The notes under the pieces are model-generated. The model was not told the DNA's origin. It saw only the letters and a program-made list of their open reading frames with translations, and did not search any database. A DNA stretch of 64,000 bases from Ophelia neglecta (Eukaryota), in the NCBI GenBank assembly GCA_965285935.1, contig OZ260663.1:55986001-56050000 (forward strand), in the 5' to 3' direction. Below, in pieces: positions 1-14,800 of this stretch (positions are counted from its first letter, which is position 1; the number at the start of each line of letters is the position of its first letter). The position numbers were made by a program, and so were the translations under genes.

Positions 1-2640
1 TTATTGGGAAATGTACTGAAAGTTAACATGTAATATATTTCTTTTCGCAAAGAAAGACCGTTAATTTCGGCACGCTTTTACCTTGTGTTAGATATTTGTC
101 CATGATTTACCAGGAGTGTTTACCTTGGGAAGAGTTGGAAGGCTGAGTAGAGACCTTGACCCCACTGTTCCTCTGTGTATGTGCGGCCAAACCCTCATAT
201 CGACTTCTTTCTTTTTGCTCGTTGATGTTATTTATCCTCCCGTCTTCTATGTGGAGGCCATACCTTAGTCAAATATTTACTGTTTTGAAGGTTTTTGCAG
301 GGATCACATGATTAAAAAGAGAAAGGAGCGGGTCGATTTCTATAAACGATGATTTATATTCCTTTCTTAATCGTCATTAGCACGGACTTACTATAATAAG
401 ACTTTCCACATTTGTTTTCTTCTGCTGTTTTGCTTATGTTTTTATTATAAAGCGTCGCCTGGTACGAACATGTAAATCTAACTAATCTAGCAAGTGCATA
501 TCTCGCCAACAGTGTGTCAACATTTTTTTAAAACTGAAAGTAGTCAAACCTATGATAGCCAGACGTGTCTCAGTGTTCTATGTAATGGAGTGGCATTTAA
601 TTATATCAAATCATAGATAGGCAAACCGAATATTTTAACTAGAATATAATTACCCATTTCACTGGTGTACGCGATATGTTAAGCTATGTTATTGTTATCC
701 TTAAACAATTGTGTATGCTGGCATGGTGAGCATATCAGTGTTATGACTGAGCGTGGGTGTGGTCGCACAACGAGTCACTTGTCCAAGTCAGCTTAAAGAT
801 GAGAGAACTGTATGTCAATGAGATAATACGCAAGCTCAAAAAGGGGTGGGATAGACATTTTATGACGACAACAATCTGTCAATGCTTTGAACTTAATCTG
901 ACGAGCAGAGAATGAATTACGATGTCTGTATCAGTATTTAACGACAGCGGGCTCTTTGAGGGTAACCTAATCGCTTGTTTTATACCAACCCTCACTAGAT
1001 AAAAACCAACACTGAATAACTGTCTGAATCGAGAGGTGGCATGGTATTCTTAATAATTGAATCACAGAAAAAGACAAGTTCTCTTAATCTAAACTTTTCA
1101 TATTAAACTCATGTAGTATAGGCTCTACAGTTTGCTACTGACTTGACACTACCTTTTCAGTGCAATTATTTCTATTTACAATGGAGCAATTCTCGTAAAT
1201 TTGATGTAAATGTCGAGGTAACGAACTAATGGTTTATACCTTATAAACTTGTCCTGTTAAATGCAATTGCTTTGATTTAATGAATGTTGTAAGTCGTAAT
1301 ATTTTTGTGAATTTTCGTTTTTGCTTGTACAAAATAGGATGGTTTACTTTGTTACCAACATTTGTTTCGAACTTCAGACCTTTTTACGTTCAAGCTGTCG
1401 TACTTTTCAGAGATATTTGATACCTTTATGGCATCGCAGACGACATCACGTCCCCATTACCAATTTTAACGAGACTTTTAAAACAAAATGGTTTAATTCA
1501 CGGTTTAAATTGGGACATCATTACTATAGTTTAAGCATAGCCACCTGCTTCCAAATTAACATCGCTTTGTTTCGGTGGTCACAACTTAAGACCAGAATTA
1601 AAATGATCGGATAAATTTTTCATCTTACTAGCTAGTTTCATCCCACTTATATCACAGAAAGGGAGATGCATTTCCAAACAGAATGAGAAGATAGGCAACA
1701 GGACAGTGTAGTGATCGCACAGCTTATCTAGATGGCTAACTCAATATAAAAACACATGTGCAAAGTGTGGTTATGATTAGATGCGTTGAAATTTCGCTTT
1801 AGTTGATACAAGACAGACGACAGGAAAACGGAGCTGAGCATACGTCTGCCAACGTCCTTAGTTAGTAATCTATCTACAACCCGAGATCAAAGGTCCTGAC
1901 TTTCCACTTGACCCAGTTGAGAAACTGTTAAAATTAGCAAGAACCCGAGACAGGAAGACTATTCATTGACAGGTCGCGGCCAAAAAATACGTATGTCTGT
2001 CAAGCAACCCTCTCTTCCTGTTTGCTTCAGCATCTGGATCACAGCGGGCTCTTTTCATAAGTAAAATTATATAAACTTGAATATTTAGGCCACAAACGTT
2101 GCAGTCACGTGTTTGTTATCTTGCGTTGCGCGCATAAAGGTAACCTGCTGTTAAATGGTGCACAAATCATTGCCTTGTCATTGACCTAGACATTGACCGA
2201 TGTTGATTTGAATAGATGATGTGTGTTGACAGCAATGGAAGCAAATGAATGTATAAGTACCTGGCAGAGAGGTAAATGATGTAGATCTAGCAATAGGATC
2301 ATCTCCAAAGTTTATCCTTGGCTGCAAAGCTTTCATCCAAGCGCCTCATTGATTAATCTCCTTCCCAGGAACAAGTTACTGGAGCCTCACAACCTTCTCA
2401 GACGGTTAAATGGATAGAGCTTCGAGACGGCGTCGTCAAATTTTAACGCTCGTGAAATACTGGCAACTCTATCAGACAAGTTTTCGTGTATCTTGGTTTG
2501 TTATCTTTGCTTATCAAAGGGCGACGCGCCCAGTCAGTTCAATTTCCGCAAAAATGTTTCATCTGGTTGCCATAGGGCCAGTTAACCAGTAATCGTTTGC
2601 TTCTGAGCGTTCCCGTCGACACCCAGGCTTAATTTGGCGA

Positions 2641-3600
2641 CATCATTATCATCATCGGTTAGAAAGGACACGGTCACAAAGAAAATGGGACGGTCAATGT
2701 GTCAGCCGTTCTCCGGTAAGACGCCATTTACTCTCAACAGTTGGCTACGCATCTTCTTGAAGACCTTGGCATTTAAACAACTGGCTGAATGATCAGCGAA
2801 CCTTGGAATAGTCAGTTGAAGATCACAAGCGTTAGCTTGGCCATTGGCATATATTTGCGCTTTGAGGGACATTCGCGATATAAAGTTTCAACTAAACTAT
2901 TCTTGGTATGGATAAGAAAATGACAGGAAGCCGCCAGTTATATTTCACCCTGGGATGATGGCCCGCTCCAATACGTCTTGAGACTGGATATGAGTAAACA
3001 GCTAGTATGTAGGTCCATAAAATTATCTAACCAACCAGGAATTGCGAGGCCCAGACAGCAAGAGAAAGAAAACTTTTCAGTCCTATGGCTTAAGAGTACA
3101 AGTCTTCGGATGAACAAGAGGGCTAGACCTTAAGTTCTACCTGTTTCCTTCATGAGTTCGGTAGTACAGCTGTGTCATCAGCATACACGGAGATGTTGAT
3201 ATCAACTGCTCGGAGAATGTTGGTCTCTGGCATGGTTAAATATATGTGCATCATGACTGACTCCCCGAGTTCTTTCCAATGTGACTGCATCGGCGCCATG
3301 TAATGAAGGATTGTTAACACATCTCTACCTCTGGTGAGGATTACGAACCTAATTAGCATAGAATATTTCCATTTTTCTCAGTCATGGCTGATTGCTGGTG
3401 TTTTCAAGGAGCAGTTCATTTACTAGCAATCCATAGTTTACTACCTCTGTGACAGTAGTCAGCGCTTTTAGTACATCTCTGTCTTTTTCTTCTATTCACC
3501 AAGAGCTGGCTCAATCCATGCCATTTGCCTTGATTTTACCGAGCATTGGTTTACTCTCAATCCCTCAAGGTACTTGGAGATGCGGACAGAGGACTGTACA
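2641..3600 (-). mobile_element. Decayed non-LTR retrotransposon (LINE, probably RTE-like) reverse transcriptase fragment
   Basis: Minus-strand ORF 3150-3359 contains SVYADDTAVL (RT YADD motif) preceded by a degenerate QG-like segment (RGRDVLTIL). A (GAT)n-like tail lies at 2641-2656. Reading frames are broken and boundaries are approximate. Confidence 0.55.
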
Positions 3601-6600
3601 TGAAACAAAAAAGGCTTCAGGCTCATAATTATGAAATAGCTTAATGAGCCCGCCGTAGAATCTCCCCGGGCATTTTCAAAGCTGTCCTACGTCAGGTTTG
3701 TGCTCTGACTCATATCATAGCAAACTTTTGACTTCTTTTCATTGCAAGGAATATCAATTAAAAGATTATCATTATCAATTTATTACAAGTTTATCACTTT
3801 GTACTGTTGAGGTACTGTTGATTGATGTTTGTGGGCCCGCGGTTGGTGGTCGCTGAAAATTTCTGACCACTTTGATGAATTATGCCTTATTTATGTTTTT
3901 GCTTGATTCTGCCGGGCGTCCACTCTCCTGTTTGCCAAGTTAACACTTCTATTCTTTATCGTAAATGGAGCTTATTTATGGTTTCACACCCTCATGGCTT
4001 TGACCCATCTCTAATATGAGAACTTCTGTGCCGATATCGTTGTAAGTGGGTTTGAAAGTAAACAGGCCATATCTCAGACATCAAGACTTCTCATGTATTA
4101 CAATTCCTCAATATATATATAAATAATGAGGTGCAACTCTATAAGCAAAGAGAATATGACTTTTGAGTAATTGACTTTATTGTAATGTTTTTTTGTGTGT
4201 TCGATATAGTGATTTGTCTGTATTTTATTTGTCTTAAGTGCCACTATCCCTGGGTTATCCTCACAGCCCAACTCTAAGATTTGGTCTGAAAAACGGGAGC
4301 GGATACTTGACAAACAGACCAAAATCATTGATCAAGATTTAAAGCAATTATTCAGTATGAATTCATCGTGAGACGTTGTGTGGGCTGAGGCCTGAATGCA
4401 TGAACGATTGTTCGTTTACCCTGGCATGTTAAAGATTAAATTTAAGCATCTCTTTCATGCTGGAGCAGTGCCTTAGGACGATCTTATTTTCCATGTTTAT
4501 GGATTCGTTTGGTAACGTCTTTAACGTTAGTTATTATGGGTCGGACGAAGCTTATGTAGAGGACTTTTTCCTGTGAGATAAAATTAGTTTAGTTCAGCAG
4601 GTCCAATTTCAAAATTGTGCCAAATTTGGTGATTTTATAATGTTTACTCAATTTTGCACGGATAATTTAACTATGAATATATATGCTGGAATTAACACGT
4701 GTACATAAGTCATCAATCTCTGCCTTCTTGTCTTTCGGGGACGAGAACAAAAAAAAAACCCTGCAAAAATGGACATTTATTTATGGTATAATATAATTCC
4801 CATCGCGGTATCAAATGATGTGGAAGTGAAGCACGGTGGCCTAATTGTCTCGTTTCTTAAACCGAACCTAAAACATGGTAATAAATCGTGGAGTAAAGGC
4901 AATTTCTTTTTGTGAACAAAAAAAGCTTCAAATAGTGCAAGTGAACATCTAAGTACATGCCTAATAAGGCACATTAAGGAATGCCTCGATATTAGCGTTA
5001 ATGATCATGTGAACTGGGAGTTTGTTGGAGGGATTTTTGTCTTGGTTGGTTGTGTAGTTTGTCTATCTGTTAAATTACAGGGGGTCGCCTATCGGAAGTG
5101 TGATATTCTCATTGAACTTTATTATAAGACATTTACTCTGTTGTCAGAGTAAAGCTACCTTTTTCATCAATCAGGTCTAGTCCCCCCATCGCCCCCCCCC
5201 CCCCCCCCCGCCAAGGTCTGCTGATTAACGTTAAGAGTCTGGACGGCTGACTGGTGTGTAATAATTAGACCAACTATAGCCCACGAATATCAATACGCAT
5301 GGTTAACCCTGTGCAGAGTTCAGGAGAAACGTGCGCTAGTCGCCTAATTATTTGTAATTTGAATTGATATGTGTTAGATGTCGTGTCGGGGGTCAGCGAA
5401 AGGTAAGACATCTGAGCAACAGGTCTGCTCTCGAGCATGCTCGTCTGTTCTCGTTTGATGTACGGCCAGTGAAGACGCGGTGCTGACTTCTGGCACCAAA
5501 AGTCTGGTCGTCTGCCCCGACAGAACAACAGCAGGTTTTCTGGTCGGATTATTCCACCAAGTGATCTGATATTTCTTAAATTGTCTGCTTTAGTTAGCAA
5601 TTACATTGCATTTATACAAAAAAATGATGTGTTTAAGGCCTAATGGTCGACGACTGGTGCGTTTTGGCAGTTGCAGCAGAGCGGCTGTGTTTCTGGAGAA
5701 CAGGTGGATTGGTCTGGGATTTCTCCAAGCCTCAAACTTGATTCTACTGCTAAAAATACACCAAGTCTACTCTGTTACCCTGGCAGCTTACTGTTACTGA
5801 AAGCGGGTCTCAATAAATATCTAGCATGCACGCAGAAAGCCTAAAAAACCCACACACCAATATCCATAGCAATTACTCACAAAATACAAACAATCCCGCT
5901 CCGGGGATATGGCTCAGCTGGGTGATTATCAAGTCGTACCAGGTACAATGTACAAGACAAAAATGTTCACAGGGTATCTCCTACCATTTAACAAGAAGTA
6001 TGATGTTGGTTAATTCTGAAGATATGAAGGGGTCCTGCCGTTTTGTGATGGTTCAGCCCGGAATAGAATCCAAAGTACTAGCTGATACAGGTAGCCGCGT
6101 ACTACTGAAAGTAATATCTTTCGTGAACATTTTTGCATGGTTTTAGATTGTCAAATCCAATGTATATGTTTAGATTAGCAATTGACCTCTCGCAGCTCGC
6201 TTTTATTATAAGGACTTGCATGAATGGCATTTTATATAGACCATATTGGTTCCCATCTCGCTCACTATGGAATACTTTTTTATTATGTACATGCCTGTTG
6301 TGTATATGTATGCGTTAATATTTCATACCCAATATTTTAAATGTCGATGATATTCAGAATAATATATCCCATTAAATTTCGTAAATATACATTATGCTAT
6401 GCTGTAGCATACTTATGGATTGTTGAATTGTCAATATTATGGAACATGTATCAGACGTATCTTTGATGCCCCTTTTCCAAGTATCTTTTTTTATATCTAC
6501 ATTTCATGAATCAACGTTAAAACCCATTATACATGTAATGTACACGAAGTGGCATTGAACTCTTAAGTATAGTAATGTCCCAGACACTTAGCCTCAGCAG

Positions 6601-8636
6601 CAATGGCGAGGGCCTGATAAACAAATGAGAGCTCAGCGCAGCCGAAGTGAACTTTTATTGGCATCATACACTAGTAGCTTGCAGGTTCATTGAGAGATCA
6701 AATGATGTGAGACATGATTTATTAAGTGTCGGATGCCATGGAGGGTTAGCGGTTGTAGAAGCATGGCTACAATTTAGTTATCATATGTGCTTCCATGTTC
6801 CCTACTAAATATACTACGCCGAGTCAATTAAAACCGGATGGCAATATATTATTCGACCGATGAGGGTTCTTTAACACGATAAGTAGACAGTTGCCTGATT
6901 TTATAAGCAGATGCAGATCGGTATTTTCGGCTGGCTTTTGATGAATATCATTGGAACATGGCGGTGCATGGGTCATGTTGGGATAGGGTGAAGATGAATA
7001 GGTCTAGAGTGGTATTAAAAACAGACTGGCTTTGATATGAGACTTCCTCCATGCACATTTCTTTTATTTATTAGTATAATAGAATGATTAAATCAACAAA
7101 AATAAGGCCGCAATAAACATACAAAATCCGAGCAGCACACGTTGTATACGAATGAGATGTGTCTTTGTTTCTCTACCAACAAAGAAACAGCTTTGGCTCA
7201 ATTTATTAACGCTGTATTAATGAATTAATAATCTTTAAGAACATTTCTCTGATGTGGAAATTTCAAAACTTCTATAAGAAAACAAATTTTACTCGGATGT
7301 GAGCTAAATTTGTAAACGGAAGTTGACAAATAGTGAAAGAAACATTATTTCCGGTGCATTTTGGTATGTTGTGTGCCTCTTTGTCCAAAATTACTTAATT
7401 ACCGTCGTTGCAAAACACACAAATTCCTGCAGACGATAGTAAGGGCAACTTAAAACGTTGACAAGGAGTAGCTAAATATGTCGATTGATAATGTTGGAAG
7501 AGATAAAACCCCTGGATGCATATAGACCAATGTATTGCTTGCAACGGCGGCCACGACCCACCGTAAGTCTGCCAGTGAAACCCTAGAATAATTGTGATAT
7601 TTGGTTTCCAGGTGCCTCGAAATCGTTTTCTCTTAGATCTTGTTTTAAGCAGAAACAGTAACGCTACATATTATTTAAGAAACCGAAGCAGAAAGCAAAT
7701 CGGACCTAGTATCTTATGGCAGACTTCACATATGAAGCGAGGACAATAACATTTCAAAACACCACGAATCGACAGTTTTTTTTTTTAGTATTATGATATA
7801 ACCAAAAGCGGACACCCGAAAATGTGTAATCTCATGGTTCTATCTGTCCTTTTAATTGTAGCAAATGTGCGTTGAGTTAAATTAAACAGTATATGGTAAT
7901 AAGCGTTGACCCCCATTGGAAAACCCAACCTAGATGTAAGTACTTGTGCATTGTGATTGATCGAGCTACAGAGATCCCGACAATTTGTTGGCAAATATGT
8001 CCACATAAAAGCTTCCTTTTTATGCTCTTGTTGCAATGCGTACAAACGTAAGAATTCGTTGGGCTAATGTGCTATAATACCAGTAATAACTTCAATTTTC
8101 CATCCCATTTTGGCTGGTGACCGTGGGAATAAGATATAAAAATTCATCGGAACATAGTAGATAATTTCAACGTGGAATGAGGAATACTGTCTGCGTTCTG
8201 GACATAGAATATTGGAACATAGTCACCTATGTGATTCAAAACCCAGTTTTTATGGCTGTTGGACTTGATGCTGCGAGTAGCCAGTCAGAAATGTTCAGAA
8301 ACCATTTCTCTCTTCTAAGTGAAAATGTTTAGAACTATCCCTTTCAGCCATGTCGGACTTCGGGTGGAAAGCGGATGTGCGGAAGGTTGGTGGAGGGAAA
8401 TCTGTGATCAGAACCCCAATGCTAGACTTAAATAACCATAACTCTCCCTAATCCTAAATGAACGAATGACGGTTTCTTACATTTCTATATATATTAGGCT
8501 TGATGCCATTCAGAAATGTCCATGATATCCGCCTCCTTCTAGCCGCTGCACATCCGCATTTAAACAAAAGCCCAGTAGCGTATATATTCGCAAATCACAT
8601 GCTCGTTTGGTTTGACAATAGCGTTCTTTTTTCCAG

Positions 8637-8875
8637 ACAGGAACAGCACAATTATACCTCATTGGTGGACTCCAGATCCAGTCTGGTCATACAACAAAAT
8701 AATAAAACCTCATCACTATGGATATCATCATAAAGATAAGTGGCGGATGAGGCGGCGGAAAAGGTCGGTCAGCAAAGAGAGGAACGTTGAGACATTAGTA
8801 GTAGCTGATAAAATGATGGTGGGCTACCATGGCAATGCTGAAATAGAGCCTTATCTCCTAACTGTGATGAACATT
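8637..8875 (+). CDS. ADAMTS6: ADAMTS exon: end of propeptide, furin site RRRKR, start of M12B domain
   Basis: ttccag| ... [44 protein letters not shown] |gtaagt. Confidence 0.9.
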
Positions 8876-11800
8876 GTAAGTATATCCTTGCCGAATTAAG
8901 TGCCATCGCAGATACGTTCTAACATGCTTGTTTTGCCTTTGTGGTAAAAGTTTGATTGTGACCGCTTATGCAGCCTTTTTTCATATAGACCTTCATATAA
9001 GCGGCTTATGATTTAATTCCATTTGCTTGGGTCGTGTGATTTGGGCAATGTCCAGATATCTTCGAAGAAACATTAATTGACATCGATAGCGTCTAGACTA
9101 ATGCTTCCGTAAAAACAAACTCATAACTAACTGACAATTTAATTTAGATTCAAGTCAATGTTTTATTATTAAAGTCAACAATGATATGATTGTAAAATAC
9201 CTTTTTACTTCACATGGTGCCATTGGATTAGTCATTGCATGAAAAATCTCTCAATTAAGGCTGTTATGTTTTTGCCTTCATTGAGGTCAGGTTGCCAAGC
9301 TCTACCACGACGACAGTATAGGTAACGCTGTCAATATCATCGTCACCAGGCTGGTTCTTCTCACACAAGATCAGGTATAGGCCCTACTACGTTCCTTTCA
9401 ATAACCTTCATAAATTAACCAACGGTGTCAGAGTTCAGGCTTTATTTTTCGATTCCATGTCGCTTTAAATAAAAACAGTGGCTGAAAGACTTACACCACA
9501 TTAATTAAGATAAATTGTAAACGAGCCATCTGTTTATTTCTATAAGCGGAGAAACTGTTTTATGCCTTTCTTCGGCTACTCGAAGTAAGCTTTACCTAAA
9601 TGAAGCATATGAGTTGAGAACGCCACGATCAAAGCATGTCTGTGTTACAGCCTGACCTTGAGATAAACCACCATGCCGATCGCTCTTTGGAAAGTTTCTG
9701 TCACTGGCAGAACGAGATCAACCCTGCCGAGGACACACCCCAGAACCTAGACCACGGTGTTGCCCACCACGACAATGCCGTGCTCATCACCAGGCAAGTC
9801 CTTTCAATCAAATGTGATCTTACTAATTGAGTAAAAAACACCGTCTGGTTGGAAGGTTTTCATCAGCCTGCTAATTGATGCTCGCTAAAATAACTTGCTA
9901 TATCGTTTTAAGACCACTCTGACCAGGGTCGTTATTCACATGCTTCTTTCAAACCAACGTTTTCTGATTTCTAATGAAAGTAAGACTAATGTCAGGTGCA
10001 GCAGAGGTACCGGTCTGTCAAAATAGCTCTGGTGCTTTTTGTATGAGACAAAAAGACAGGAAGCTATAATCGCATTGAATCACTCTGTTTTTCCTTTGTC
10101 CTTGTTTAATTTTGCACATTGGTTGTTACGCTTTACTCTATTAACTAGGCCTACATCTTTCATTATACGAGGCTAGTGTGCACAACATTCAGTTTTAAAT
10201 GGGAATGGAATTAACAAGAAGATAATGGGATTAAAATTAGTGCAATAGAACACAAAAAGTGGTAGAAATGATTGGAGACACACGAGGTCTAGGTGTCACA
10301 TTCTGTCTGCAGCCTAATTTGAGCAAGCTTGCCTCTAGGGATATGCAGCAATCGTGTATTGGTTGATTAGAAAAGCTCGAAACAATCCCACTGTGGAGAG
10401 GTGGCGTTTGTAGTTATTTATGCTTCCGGTTTCTGACAGGAACGCGGATTTTTATTTTAATGACCACCAGTATAATACTGTTATGCGATTGTATTTTTTT
10501 GTCATTCGTTGCACACAAAATTCCGTGCCTTTGTGTAGCGAACAAGCTTTAAAATGCTTAACCAATCAGATAGCAAGCTTTATACCATTGTCGGACTTGG
10601 ACCAATCAATTATGATTTCGAGTCGACTGAATTCGCGATCTGGGCAGATTGCTGAATATTACCGCAAGTACAACAGCATGATCTACTGGGTTGATAAAGT
10701 TGGTATTTATACAAAATTCCCACATTTGTACGGTGTTTTCAATCGCCTAATTCTTCTTGGGAATTGTTATTTATCATATGACAAAGGAATTTATATTAAA
10801 CGTTGCCGAATGGAAATAAACCCACTAGTCACGTGCCATTATCACTATACATTTTTCAAGGCCAGGTTTATAGAAAAGTTGTCGAGATGGTAGTATTTGA
10901 AAGAATACAGATGTGGATCAGCCCCGAAATAGAACAAGTCCATTATCGCGAGACACAATGATGGCTTAATGTTTTAGACTCGCTGTATGTGTAGAACTAA
11001 GTGTAAACAAGAGGAAAGAGCTGATCAACTTTCTAACCAGACCTTGACAAAAATCTCCGTCTGACAGATTTCACTTCAGATTAATTAACACAATAAAGTT
11101 TTATTTCAAGAGAACCATTAGTTGTAGAAATACTTCTTAGATACGGCAGAAACATGACTTTAAAAAACTGGTCCTTAAAAAATGACATATCAACCTTTAA
11201 GATGCAGTCGACCAGGTTTTTGTCGTCTGCTGTTTATTTTATTTTGGCAATAAAGTATTTCTGATAACACAACATAGGCTCCCAATCAAACTCAAGCAAA
11301 CGATAAGCATTTATTGGATGGATCATTTGTTTCTAATTGATGAATGCACAGTAATGGAGCGCGGCATATGGGTCTTCCATTTTTATTAACCACAAAACGT
11401 TAACCATGCTCAGGTTTCTGAGAGAAAATGCAACTGGCCCAAATATTTGAAATAAAACATTATCCAGCCATGGTTAAGTAAATTAATCTGACTCTGAAAT
11501 ATAGCCACCTTTTAATGCACATATCAATCAATATTTCTCAGGGAATAGAGTTGAAGGAATAAATGACCTTTTTTATTCTCCCTTTTTAATAGGAGCTTAG
11601 CAGTAAAAAGTTTTGAAGTTTGTGAATTAAATCAATTTCATATGAGACGTCTAGATGTATTCTCTAGAAGCAGACCATATTAAATTCAACAGGTTGATTG
11701 ATCGATTGAAACTATACACGTACATCAAATCATCAAAAAATGCGAATGTAAGACTAACAAAAGTTTAGTTCAAAATTATCGCAACTAATTTTTTGCACTA

Positions 11801-14800
11801 ATGTGAAATAAGCCTAATGTAGATACAGGATAACTATCCCCAGCTAAAATAGGAGATTAGATTTTAAGCATTTTTTAGCCAATAATAAAATATTTTTGAG
11901 ATACTTAGCAGTTTGGGTAATAATAAAACTTATTATCTATAAATTTGGTAGTCTTAGGTGAAATTCAAGTTGAATAGCCTCAAAACATGGAATTTGAGCA
12001 CTAGAAATGTAGCTTGGTATTAGCCAATCAAACTGCTTGATTTCTAGATTTACTAGGCTTTTCACGGATTGCTATTGTAGCACACATGTTATATCCTTCA
12101 GCATGCCTTAACCTGAGTCAGACAAATTAAATATTGTTGTTCTCAACTTAGCTGCACGTATCCTTATCAGTTATATGCAAAACCTGCAATAGAGAAAACT
12201 AGGTAAGCATTTGCCTCGTCGTTGGTTTTATTGAAAGCAGGTGGTACCGCCTCGTTAGTTATATGTAGGTTTTCAAATACATGCAACAAAACTGATGTAC
12301 AGTAGCTCTTTCTTAAATAGTGTCTCTGTACGTGACAAAACTTTACAGGTTGACGCTTATAGGTGTCACTAGTGGAATTATTTTTGGCATCCTTTTTGAT
12401 GCAAGTTAAAAAGCTAGGTAATATTTTAATCTTACTATAATCCTTCCGGTGGAAAAATGTAAAAACTGTAAAAATATTGTTATCTGAAAATCCGGGGGTG
12501 GGGGAACTTGCAATGAAGGAAATTAAATCCTATGCAACTTCCCCAGCTAACAAATTTTGCCGCCTCGTGACTTCGATGTTCTTCATTTTATCCCGCACTC
12601 CTTAGACGCGAGGGTTTAAGAAATGTTCTGATGGGCAGAGAGGGAGAGAGTAATACCTAGAAATCGAAAACGGAGGTAGCAAAACACATTTAGTCACATG
12701 ATCTGAATTATTTTCCAGTGCTTTGAATCTAAAAATTGACCTCCAGATTTACAAAACTCTAATAAATGAAAATTACTCAAATGCATAGCATTTTACTTGT
12801 AACCGCTGTTGGTGATGTGCTGTCTCGCTGGAAGCAACTGAAGCTCTGATGCAACAGCAGAAACCACTACGACATTCATAATGCACAATTCCATATTTCA
12901 GCTAGGGTATTAATTTTAAATAATGTTATTTTCTTTTGTTCGTGTACACAATCCAAAATGTCGCCAAAGTTCATTTCATGTTTGTGTCTGGGACCTGGTC
13001 ACTTTCCCTGGCCTATGATAAACAAGGCCTTTGATGACGGTTTAATATGTTTACTAGGCCTATAGTCACTCAAATCACAAACACAATATTTCGTCCTAGC
13101 CATTGAAATAATACTCGCTGAATTTCATTGATATTAAACTAATGGAATATTTCACTCCCCACGAAAAAGGATGCCTTTTCTTATAACCAAATTTTAGGAT
13201 TGCAACTGACTTCTAATGTATATATAGACCTATTAAGGCTCCTACAATCTAAAGCAAAACTGTTTGCCCCTCCCCCCCCCCACCCCCCACCCCCCACCCC
13301 CCGACAACAAAAAAGAGAAAAGTCAAACCAGATCAAATGTATGACTCTCCATACATAGAGACACCTGGATGAGCAGTCTTGATGATGAAAGAATTAAAGT
13401 TTCAGCAAAACATACCGTCGAAACGATACCTCCGTATTGAGCTCAATGAGGTATGAGCTCATGCATGAAAAAATGTCGCGACACCTGAACAGTTGATGCA
13501 GGCCTGGATTCAGATATGATTATAGACGTACAAGGTTAGGACTTTCCGCTTGAGTAAAATACTGATTAGGAGAGTGTTCGTTGATGATGAAATAAAGTCA
13601 TTGAATTTGTGTGGTTAAAACGAATAAAACGTTAGTTCTTTGGTTTGTATCATGATAATTATGCGGAACAGACTCTTTCGCTCAAGTTGTGTCCCTGCCA
13701 TGAGTATAGGCAATATTTATTGGCAAGGCATCTTTCCCTTCCTTTCAAGCCATTTCTTATTATTTTACCCAAGTATAATATGACAGCGCATCGTTCGTAA
13801 AAGTATCATTTTCCGAGTTTTTGTGAGGCCGTCTGTGCTGAATAAGATGTTAATAGTTTTCTTGAAACCACGTCGTCATCGGGCATGAGGAACCAGCACG
13901 TTGGGGGTATTGACTACAGATTCTATCAGGTCGGTTATAAAAACTTAGCACAAAGGAAAAACAAAAATAGGCTTTGGTTGAAAAGACCGCATTGAAAGAT
14001 TTGGTTCATTCATCTCTGCAAACTATACCGCGCTTTTTTACAGCTCTGTGAGTGAACCAGACAAAACTAAAACAAATATTTCCGTCGAAAAACGTTCTTT
14101 ACCACGTAAACCACGTTGAGGTGTGAACTAAACGACTTTCAATCACCAATGACATTCCTTTAATAAGACAGGGAAGTTATGATTATTATGTAATCGCGGT
14201 GTGGGGGCGGTCGAGGGGGGGGGATAGGTGGTAAACCTGGAACTGCATATATGCACTTTCAAAATGCACTTGAAAACGAACTTTCCTGTGGCTGCCCACA
14301 AAAAGTCCGTATTTTAGTTATCATTTTAAAGATAAGGCCCAAAATGTCAACATTACTTAATGGCAGTTTTGTTCTTATAATTATTACCATATTGTAGTTC
14401 TATTCGCTGTATTGGAAAGCGTTTTCGCCAATTTTAAACATCAAAATATCAATAAATCTAGAAATTAGTCATGCTTCGAGTTTGTACTTGCTGGTGGGAC
14501 AATCTGGGAATGTTTAGCCTCCTGTTTATACAAAAAGCGACACATGTGTAATATCAGACTGATTTGTAAACTTGACTTTTTCAGATATGATATTTGCACC
14601 TACAAAAACCAACCCTGTGGGACACTAGGTACGTATGTCAGAATAGTTTGTCCTTACTATCAACATAACAGATGAGAATATGAAAGATAATATTACAGCG
14701 GAACATTTAAATGTCGAAGCTGAGGTTGGACTAGACATTTATTGAATTCAGTGAGTGAAAAGGAAAGAGCTAATCTAACAGATGCTTATCTATACCTATT

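Noticed and set aside
944-2053. 13-mer acagcgggctctt present at 944 and 2041
   Set aside because: Only two copies with no extended similarity; insufficient to call LTRs or a repeat.
1-8636. Short ORFs and a search for upstream ADAMTS signal/prodomain exons
   Set aside because: No recognisable prodomain motifs with splice sites. The ORFs have random composition, so this is most likely a long intron with the 5' exons outside the window.
10420-10893. 157-aa intronic ORF as a gene
   Set aside because: No domain motif, no splice support and atypical composition.
13267-13302. C-rich tract (also 5184-5210 and the G run at 35516-35529) as functional G-quadruplexes
   Set aside because: Simple low-complexity runs with no supporting context.
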